Below, piece after piece: positions 57,756-64,000 of a stretch of 64,000 bases of DNA. This DNA is from Mycobacteriales bacterium. Its GTDB lineage: Bacteria; Actinomycetota; Actinomycetes; JAFAQI01. Within the stretch, counting starts at the first letter, position 1. Each line of letters starts with the position of its first letter. A program made the position numbers and the translations under genes. The notes beneath the pieces are model-generated. The model worked only from the letters and a program-made list of their open reading frames with translations. It had not been told where the DNA came from and made no database searches. Location: NCBI GenBank assembly GCA_035695045.1, contig DASSEX010000081.1, positions 9,881 through 73,880 of the forward strand, written 5' to 3'.

Positions 57756-58157
57756 GTGACGGTGACAGCAGCCGGCCCGGCGCCGCGCTTTGCGTCTCGA
57801 GGCGTCCGTCGGGTCGTCCTGCCGCGCTATCTCGCGATGGGGCTCGTCGTGCTGGCCGTCGCCGCGTTGCACGTACGCCGTCCCGCCACGCTCTGCCTGT
57901 TGCGCGCAACGACCGGAGTCCCGTGCCCGTTCTGCGGCGGTACGACGGCCGCCGTCCGGCTCGGGCACGCCGATCTCCGCGGTGCCGTCGCCGCGTCCCC
58001 GCTGGCACTGCTGCTGATCGTGACCTGGCCGCTGGTCGGCGTCGTACGCGGTCCGGGGTGGTGGCAGGTCCGGGCGGCGCGATGGTCCTTGATCGCGGTC
58101 GCGCTCGTGTCGGCAGAGGTGTGGCAGTTGTTGCGGTTCGGTCTCATCCGGCTCTAG
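57756..58157 (+). CDS. DUF2752 domain-containing membrane protein
   Basis: 133 aa with the conserved CPFCGGT motif between TM helices. Confidence 0.7.
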   Translation: MTVTAAGPAPRFASRGVRRVVLPRYLAMGLVVLAVAALHVRRPATLCLLRATTGVPCPFCGGTTAAVRLGHADLRGAVAASPLALLLIVTWPLVGVVRGPGWWQVRAARWSLIAVALVSAEVWQLLRFGLIRL

Positions 58158-58197
58158 AGTCCGCGCCGACGCCGCCCCCGACATCGGAGCGCTCCAC

Positions 58198-58821
58198 ATG
58201 ACGCAGCCGCCCGAGGACCCGTACGGCACACCGGCGGAGCACCCGACACCGCCGAGCGCACCACAGCCGCCGCAGTACGGACAGCCGGCGGCGGGGCAGC
58301 CCGAGCAACCACCGGCCTACGGTCAGCCGCCGGCCTACGGTCAGCCACCCGGTTATGGCCAGCCGCCGCCCTACGGGCAGCCGCCACAGGGTTACGGCTA
58401 CGCACCACCGGCAGCGGGCGGCGCGTACGCGAGCTGGATCCAGCGGGTGGGCTCGTACATCATCGACGGGCTGGTCGCGTTCCCGGGCTACATCGTGGCG
58501 GCACTCGGTCACGCGATCGGCGGCGGCTTCGGTACGCTGCTCGTGATCGTCGGCTATCTCGGTGCACTCGCCATCGTGGTGTGGAACCGCTGGATCCGGG
58601 CGGGCACGACCGGCCAGTCGCTCGGCAAGCAGGCGCTGAACATCAAGCTGATCCGCGAGTCCGACGCGCAGCCGATGGGCACCGGCATGGCCTTCGTGCG
58701 CGACCTCGCGCACTTCCTCGACAGCATCGCCTGCTACATCGGCTGGCTGTGGCCGCTGTGGGACAACAAGCGGCAGACGTTCGCGGACAAGGTGTGCAGC
58801 AGCGTCGTCGTCAGCGCCTGA
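58198..58821 (+). CDS. RDD family membrane protein with Pro/Gln/Tyr-rich N-terminal tail
   Basis: 207 aa. An N-terminal YGQPP repeat tail precedes an RDD-family core ([14 protein letters not shown] ... [12 protein letters not shown]). Confidence 0.75.
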   Translation: MTQPPEDPYGTPAEHPTPPSAPQPPQYGQPAAGQPEQPPAYGQPPAYGQPPGYGQPPPYGQPPQGYGYAPPAAGGAYASWIQRVGSYIIDGLVAFPGYIVAALGHAIGGGFGTLLVIVGYLGALAIVVWNRWIRAGTTGQSLGKQALNIKLIRESDAQPMGTGMAFVRDLAHFLDSIACYIGWLWPLWDNKRQTFADKVCSSVVVSA

Positions 58822-58822
58822 C

Positions 58823-59335
58823 GTGACGACCGACGACCCCTACCAGTCGCCGGCGGAAGACGGCGGTGCCGGGCAGCCACCTCCCCCACCACCACCGCCG
58901 GGCTACGGCCCACCACCTCCGGCCGGCTACGGTCCGCCGCCTCCACCACCCCCGCCGGGCTTCGGCCCGCCGCCGCCGTACGGACAGCCGCCGTACGGCC
59001 AGCCGCCGTACGGCCAGCCGCCGTACGGACAGCCGCCGTACGGCCAGCCGCCGTACGGACAGCCGCCGTACGGACAGCCGCAGTACGGCCAGTACGGCTA
59101 TCCGCAGCCGTCGAGCACCAACGGCTTCGCGATCGCGTCCCTGGTCTGCGCATTCCTGTGCTGGCCACTCGGCCTGGTCTTCGGGTTCGTGGCGAAGTCC
59201 CAGATCCGGCAGAGCGGTCAGCAGGGCAGTGGTCTCGCGACCGCCGGCATCGTCGTGTCCGCGGTAGCCGGCGCCCTGCTCGTCCTCTTCTTCATCATCG
59301 GCGCGACGGTCAGCACGACGAGCCCGCAGTACTGA
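58823..59335 (+). CDS. DUF4190 domain-containing protein with proline-rich (YGQPP x7) N-terminus
   Basis: 170 aa. A Pro-rich repeat region precedes the C-terminal DUF4190 two-TM domain ([28 protein letters not shown]). It starts 2 nt after the RDD gene stop. Confidence 0.7.
   Translation: MTTDDPYQSPAEDGGAGQPPPPPPPPGYGPPPPAGYGPPPPPPPPGFGPPPPYGQPPYGQPPYGQPPYGQPPYGQPPYGQPPYGQPQYGQYGYPQPSSTNGFAIASLVCAFLCWPLGLVFGFVAKSQIRQSGQQGSGLATAGIVVSAVAGALLVLFFIIGATVSTTSPQY
58973..59092 (+). repeat. 15-bp tandem repeat x8 (ccgccgtacgg[a/c]cag) encoding the YGQPP repeats
   Basis: Eight near-identical head-to-tail units lie within the DUF4190 gene. Confidence 0.6.
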
Positions 59336-59357
59336 CGGCCTGGTACGCCGCCGCGCG

Positions 59358-60563
59358 TCAGCGGCCGCGGCGCCAGGTCATGGCGCCGGCTGCGCCGCAG
59401 GCGACCGCGGCGACCTCGGCCGCCACCGCGAGACCGGTCTGCCACGGAGAAGCCCCGATGGCGGTCATCCGTCCCGGACCCGCCGATCCACCCGCGACGG
59501 CCACCAGGACAGCGGTGCAGGTCCCGGCGATTGCTCCGGCGCCGAGCGCAAGCAGCATCGTGCGCAGCAGCGGCTCGCCGAACCGCGCAACGACCGCAGC
59601 CGCGGCCAAGCCGGCACCGACGAGCGCGGCCAGCACGATCGCCTCGACGACAACGCCGGCCGATGAGTGCGGAACGGCCGCAAGGAGCGGCAGCGCAGGC
59701 AGGCTCCCCGGATGCGCCGAGCCGATGGTCACTGCGCTCCCGGCGCCGACCGCGAAGCCCGGACCCGAGAGGTAGCCCACCGCCGCAGCTGCGGCGTTGG
59801 GCACGAGCGCGAGATCGAGCAGCAGGACAGCCCCGGCGGCGACGGGGCCGCCGCCGAGCGCTCCCACGCTGGACCACGCCGTGGCGGCGTGGGTTGCCAA
59901 CGACGCCACGACCAGCAGCAGCCCGCCGACCAGCAGTGCACCGGTCGCGGCGAGTCCGCCCGAGAGCGGTCGGGCCACTGCCGCCGGGAGCCTTTCCCAG
60001 CAGGCACGAACCAGACCGACGCCGCGAGCGGCCCCCCATCCGGCGCAGACCAGCCCGATCAGCAAGCCACCGATGAGGGCGACGACCGGATCAGGGTGAA
60101 CGTGCGAGGAGTTCGCGGCGGCGGCCACGAACGCGGCGAGGACGGCGTACGGCACGGCGACCGCCACCGCGATCATGCCCACCGCGCGCGGGTCCTCGGC
60201 CTGCTGACCGCGCGCGAGGACCGCTGCGGAGCGGGCGACGAGCCAGCCGAGGGCGAGCGTCAGTCCCAGCGGCGCGAGCACGATGGTGCCGCCTTCGACG
60301 TGCAGCGGCACCCGATGGGCGGCCAGCCACACCTGCAGCGCCGTGCGGATCGCTTGCCCGGCGTTGGCACCGGATCGGGAGTCAGCCGCCCACGCGATCA
60401 GGACGACGACGACGAGGACGGCGCAGCCGAGCGCTGCCGCCCAGAGCGCCGAGACCACTCCACGCGCCCACAGAGTGGACATGAACGGAACGGGCGCATC
60501 CTGATCGCTCTCCGCGACGCGAGAGGTCGTCGGCGTCCGGGTCAGCAGCTCGGTCATCGACAC
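59358..60563 (-). CDS. polytopic integral membrane protein, Ala/Gly/Leu-rich (possible PerM-like division-associated membrane protein)
   Basis: 401 aa with about 10 predicted TM helices. From memory, its position between sucD and the Pro-rich membrane proteins parallels the mycobacterial Rv0954/Rv0955 neighbourhood; homology is not verified. Confidence 0.5.
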   Translation of the reverse strand: MSMTELLTRTPTTSRVAESDQDAPVPFMSTLWARGVVSALWAAALGCAVLVVVVLIAWAADSRSGANAGQAIRTALQVWLAAHRVPLHVEGGTIVLAPLGLTLALGWLVARSAAVLARGQQAEDPRAVGMIAVAVAVPYAVLAAFVAAAANSSHVHPDPVVALIGGLLIGLVCAGWGAARGVGLVRACWERLPAAVARPLSGGLAATGALLVGGLLLVVASLATHAATAWSSVGALGGGPVAAGAVLLLDLALVPNAAAAAVGYLSGPGFAVGAGSAVTIGSAHPGSLPALPLLAAVPHSSAGVVVEAIVLAALVGAGLAAAAVVARFGEPLLRTMLLALGAGAIAGTCTAVLVAVAGGSAGPGRMTAIGASPWQTGLAVAAEVAAVACGAAGAMTWRRGR

Positions 60564-60619
60564 GAGCGTGACAAACCCGGAACGACTTTGCCGGTTGCAA
60601 CGCCGACGTCGCGCGAGAC

Positions 60620-61492
60620 TTACGACGCGGAGACGAGCTCCCGCATGAGCCGCGCGGTCTCCGAGGGCGTCTTGCCGACGCGAACGCCGACCGCCTCGAG
60701 TGCTTCCTGCTTCGCCGCCGCCGTACCGCTCGAACCGGACACGATCGCGCCCGCATGACCCATCGTCTTGCCCTCGGGAGCGGTGAACCCGGCGACGTAG
60801 CCGACGACCGGCTTCGTGACGCTGGACTTGATGAAGTCCGCGGCGCGTTCCTCCGCGTCGCCACCGATCTCGCCGATCATCACGATCGCGTCGGTCTCGT
60901 CGTCTTCCTCGAAGGCACGCAGGCAGTCGATGTGTGTGGTGCCGATGATCGGGTCACCACCGATGCCGACACACGACGAGAAGCCGAGATCGCGCAGCTC
61001 GTACATCATCTGGTAGGTCAGTGTGCCGCTCTTGCTGACGAGGCCGATCCGACCGGGCTTGGTGATGTCAGCCGGAATGATGCCGGCGTTGGACTTGCCC
61101 GGAGAGATGATGCCCGGGCAGTTGGGCCCGATGATGCGCGTGCTTGCGGACTCCCGCGAGTAGGCGAAGAAGTACGCCGTGTCCTGCACCGGGATCCCCT
61201 CGGTGATGACGACGAGCAACGGCATCTGCGCGTCGATCGCCTCGATCGCGGCATCCTTCGCGAACGCAGGCGGAACGAAGACGACCGACACGTCGGCGCC
61301 TGTCTCCTTCATCGCCTCACCGACTGTCGCGAAGACGGGAATGCCGTCGACGTCGGTGCCGGCCTTGCGCGGGTTGACGCCGCCGACCACGTTGGTGCCG
61401 GACGCAACCATCCGCCGGGTGTGCTTCGTGCCTTCGGAGCCCGTGATGCCCTGCACGATCACCTTGCTGCTGTCGTTCAACCAGATCGCCAT
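60620..61492 (-). CDS. sucD: succinate--CoA ligase [ADP-forming] subunit alpha
   Basis: 290 aa from [21 protein letters not shown]. Carries the phospho-His loop GHAGAIVSG. Its ATG overlaps the sucC stop (ATGA). Confidence 0.95.
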   Translation of the reverse strand: MAIWLNDSSKVIVQGITGSEGTKHTRRMVASGTNVVGGVNPRKAGTDVDGIPVFATVGEAMKETGADVSVVFVPPAFAKDAAIEAIDAQMPLLVVITEGIPVQDTAYFFAYSRESASTRIIGPNCPGIISPGKSNAGIIPADITKPGRIGLVSKSGTLTYQMMYELRDLGFSSCVGIGGDPIIGTTHIDCLRAFEEDDETDAIVMIGEIGGDAEERAADFIKSSVTKPVVGYVAGFTAPEGKTMGHAGAIVSGSSGTAAAKQEALEAVGVRVGKTPSETARLMRELVSAS

Positions 61493-62679
61493 CAGGCTGC
61501 GCTCCCGCTCGACGCAAGCTCGGCGGCCCGCTCGGCCGCTCCGTCCATCGTGTCGACCTGCTCGACGAGTCGATGATCGGCTTCGCTGAGGATTCGCCGA
61601 CCCTCCTCCGCGTTGTTCCCGTCGAGCCGGACGACGAGCGGTTTGGTCAGCTCCTCGCCGCGTCCTTCGAGCAGCGACAGCGCCGACACGATGCCGTTGG
61701 CCACCGCATCGCACGACGTGATGCCGCCGAAGACGTTCACGAACACGGATCGGACCGACGGGTCGGACAGGATGATCTCCAGCCCGTTCGCCATCACCTC
61801 GGCGGACGCACCGCCGCCGATGTCGAGGAAGTTGGCCGGGCGCACCCCCGAATGCCGCTCACCGGCGTAGGCGACGACGTCCAGCGTCGACATGACCAGC
61901 CCCGCGCCGTTGCCGATGATGCCGACCTCGCCGTCGAGCTTCACGTAGTTGAGGTTCTTCTCCTTCGCCCGCGCCTCGAGCGGGTCGGCGGCGGCGCTGT
62001 CGCGATACGCGTCATGCACGTCGCGGTGCCGGAAGTCGGCGTTGTCGTCGAGGGTCACCTTGCCGTCGAGCGCGAGCACCTTGTCGTCCGGCGTGCGCAC
62101 GAGCGGGTTGACCTCGACCAACGTTGCCTCTTCGCCGGTGAAGACGTCCCAGAGCTTGACGATGACCTCGACCGCCTGGTCTCGGATGACCTCCGGCAGG
62201 CCGCCCTTCTCCGCGATCTCGCGCGCCTTCGCCTCGTCGACGCCGACGACCGGGTCGACGGGGATACGAGCGAGCGCTTCCGGCTTCTCGACCGCCAGCT
62301 GCTCGATCTCCATGCCGCCCTCGGCCGAGCACATCGCGAGATAGCTCCGGTTGCCGCGGTCCAGGAGAAACGAGAAGTAGTACTCCTCACCGATGTCCGC
62401 CGCCTCGGAGATGAGGATCGTACGGACGGTGTGGCCCTTGATGTCCATGCCGAGGATGTCGCGCGCCTTCGCCTCGGCGTCGTCCACGCTCGGCGCGAAC
62501 TTGACGCCGCCGGCCTTGCCTCGCCCGCCGGTCTTGACCTGGGCCTTGACCATGACCGGGGCACCGAGCTGCTCAGCCGCCGCTCGGACCTCGTCGACGG
62601 AGGTCACGACCACCTGCTTCGTGGTCGGGACGCCGTACTTGGCGAAGAGCTCTTTCGCTTGCCACTCGAACAGGTCCAC
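61492..62679 (-). CDS. sucC: succinate--CoA ligase [ADP-forming] subunit beta
   Basis: 395 aa. Starts [18 protein letters not shown], then an ATP-grasp and CoA-ligase domain. Confidence 0.95.
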   Translation of the reverse strand: MDLFEWQAKELFAKYGVPTTKQVVVTSVDEVRAAAEQLGAPVMVKAQVKTGGRGKAGGVKFAPSVDDAEAKARDILGMDIKGHTVRTILISEAADIGEEYYFSFLLDRGNRSYLAMCSAEGGMEIEQLAVEKPEALARIPVDPVVGVDEAKAREIAEKGGLPEVIRDQAVEVIVKLWDVFTGEEATLVEVNPLVRTPDDKVLALDGKVTLDDNADFRHRDVHDAYRDSAAADPLEARAKEKNLNYVKLDGEVGIIGNGAGLVMSTLDVVAYAGERHSGVRPANFLDIGGGASAEVMANGLEIILSDPSVRSVFVNVFGGITSCDAVANGIVSALSLLEGRGEELTKPLVVRLDGNNAEEGRRILSEADHRLVEQVDTMDGAAERAAELASSGSAA

Positions 62680-62734
62680 GACCGGCGAGGCTATCCGCGG
62701 CTTGCGCCGGGGCGATCACCGGGCTTGCGGATGA

Positions 62735-63163
62735 TCAGGCGGCGTCGGCGGGGCTGACGTGCTGGCTGACCCATTCGACGATGCTCGCCGTGGTCGTGCC
62801 CGGGGTGAAGACTTCCGCGACACCCATCTCCTTCAGCGGTGCGATGTCCGCGTCCGGGATGATCCCGCCCCCGAAGACGACGATGTCGAGGGCGTCGCGC
62901 TCGCGCAACAGCTCCAGCACCCGGCCGAACAGCGTCATGTGCGCGCCGGACAGGATCGACAGACCGATCGCGTGGGCGTCCTCCTGCAGGGCCGTCTCCA
63001 CGACCTGCTCCGGCGTCTGGTGCAGGCCGGTGTAGATGACCTCCATGCCCGCGTCGCGGAGGGCCCGTGCCACGACCTTCGCCCCACGGTCGTGACCGTC
63101 GAGGCCCGGCTTGGCGATGACCACGCGGATGCGCGCGGCGGTGCCCGGCGTCGTCGCCATCAC
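62735..63163 (-). CDS. cobalamin (B12)-binding subunit of a methylmalonyl-CoA mutase-family enzyme (MCM C-terminal-domain protein / IcmB-like)
   Basis: 142 aa. Carries the DxHxxG motif in [19 protein letters not shown] and a Rossmann-like B12-binding fold. Confidence 0.85.
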   Translation of the reverse strand: MMATTPGTAARIRVVIAKPGLDGHDRGAKVVARALRDAGMEVIYTGLHQTPEQVVETALQEDAHAIGLSILSGAHMTLFGRVLELLRERDALDIVVFGGGIIPDADIAPLKEMGVAEVFTPGTTTASIVEWVSQHVSPADAA

Positions 63164-63210
63164 GAACCTCCCTCCACATCGGGTCGCGGCTGCTGCGAGA
63201 GTAACCGCCT

Positions 63211-64000
63211 GTGACCGACTGGCGCGACGCCGTCCTCGCCGACGTCACTCCTCTGAGCCGGCCCGGGGCGGACCGGCCGGCTTCTGCTGAGCCCGCAGCC
63301 GTGCAGATCGGTGCCGGGCGGATCGGCGACGCGGAGTGCGTCGTGGCCGCGTGGGACTTCGCCGTCCGCGGCGGCACGTTCGGAGAGCACGAGGCGACCT
63401 TGTTCACGGTGGCCTGTGCCGAAGCGGCATCGTCCGGCCGCCCGCTGGTCTCGCTGTTGCGGAGCGGCGGGACGCGCTTGCAGGAGGGAATGCGCGCACT
63501 GGTGGGCATCCCGCGGGCGATGCTCGCCCTCGACCAGCTCGCGTCGTCCGGGGTTGGTCACATCGCTGTCGTCGACCATCCGACGACCGGAGGAGTCTGG
63601 GTGGCGATCGGGTCGCGCGCCGACATCCGGCTGGGCGTGCGGGGCGCAACCGTCGGCTTCTCGGGCCCGCGGGTGATCGAGGCGATGACCGGCGTGACGA
63701 TCGGCCCGGGCGCCAACACCGCGGAGTCCGCGGGCGCCAGCGGGTTGCTGGACGCCGTCGTCCCCACGGACGAGATCGTCGACCGGCTCGCGCAGGCCGT
63801 GGCCGTCCTGCAGCCCGACGATCCCGCGACCACGTCGCTGACGCCCACACCGATCGGCGTACCGGACCGGTCCGGCTGGCAACAGGTCGCCGCTTCCCGC
63901 GAGGCATCACGCCCGGACGGGGTCGAGCTGCTGACCGGTCTGCTGAGCGACCCGGTCGCGCTGACCGGCGTCGACGACTCCTCAGCCGCCGCCGTCGGCC
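63211..64000 (+). CDS. AccD-family carboxyltransferase (N-terminal part; gene continues beyond the window)
   Basis: The reading frame from the GTG at 63211 is open to the window end, which is why it is absent from the ORF track. The translation (...[46 protein letters not shown]...) matches the carboxyltransferase N-subdomain fold. Confidence 0.55.
   Translation, partial: MTDWRDAVLADVTPLSRPGADRPASAEPAAVQIGAGRIGDAECVVAAWDFAVRGGTFGEHEATLFTVACAEAASSGRPLVSLLRSGGTRLQEGMRALVGIPRAMLALDQLASSGVGHIAVVDHPTTGGVWVAIGSRADIRLGVRGATVGFSGPRVIEAMTGVTIGPGANTAESAGASGLLDAVVPTDEIVDRLAQAVAVLQPDDPATTSLTPTPIGVPDRSGWQQVAASREASRPDGVELLTGLLSDPVALTGVDDSSAAAVG

Noticed and set aside
57650-57800. Possible ZTP (pfl) riboswitch upstream of purN-purH-folD
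   Set aside because: I read the minus-strand sequence for the conserved pfl boxes and did not find its conserved boxes. The region mostly overlaps the divergent DUF2752 coding start.
9800-61714. N-terminal ATG extensions given by the ORF track for several minus-strand genes (accD1-like to 11554, GT2 to 22704, Fe-ADH to 24384, PH protein to 15935, folD to 55733, purH to 57100, sucD to 61714, ACAD to 5371, DUF3017 to 53823)
   Set aside because: The extensions are Arg/Pro/Gly-rich and overlap upstream genes. Internal starts coincide with the domain N-termini and with ATGA/GTGA coupling sites or an RBS.
63311-63676. 121-aa plus-strand ORF listed in the track
   Set aside because: It lies in a different frame from the open AccD-like reading frame that starts at 63211. 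The latter has recognisable carboxyltransferase motifs.

Overview
This is a high-GC (about 70%) actinobacterial chromosomal segment. Coding density is near 90%, and most operons show ATGA/GTGA start-stop overlaps. I found no rRNA, tRNA, CRISPR array, integrase or transposase.

The backbone is housekeeping. From memory of gene order in Mycobacterium, it follows purE-purK ... birA-accD5-accE5 ... accA3, and later sucC-sucD-(perM-like membrane protein)-...-purN-purH-folD plus mdh/icd, trpS, cspA and a Ser/Thr kinase.

An envelope glycopolymer (teichoic-acid-like) biosynthesis and export gene set of about 30 kb is interleaved with this backbone, roughly 3.0 kb to 33.0 kb. It contains:
- two paralogous glycosyltransferase family 2 (GT2) / CDP-glycerol glycerophosphotransferase (TagF-like) fusion proteins;
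- two further GT2 genes and one GT4 gene;
- a GtrA flippase-associated protein;
- two PAPS-type sulfotransferases;
- a TagG/TagH-type ABC exporter;
- a giant UPF0182 membrane protein;
- a secreted GH26-like hydrolase and a beta-propeller lipoprotein.

The most unusual element is a three-gene module: an Fe-ADH/G1P-dehydrogenase-like enzyme, a sugar-phosphate cytidylyltransferase-like enzyme and a CDP-alcohol phosphatidyltransferase. This is not the canonical TagD route to CDP-glycerol. I propose it activates a polyol phosphate (possibly sn-glycerol-1-phosphate) for a sulfated, phosphodiester-containing wall polymer.

Other points worth a second look:
- a leucine-catabolism/acyl-CoA-carboxylase module broken up by the island;
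- a split B12-mutase whose subunit genes lie 18 kb apart;
- a BldC-like regulator next to an LPXTG surface protein;
- a gamma-glutamyl metabolism trio;
- structured non-coding elements around cspA and at convergent gene ends.
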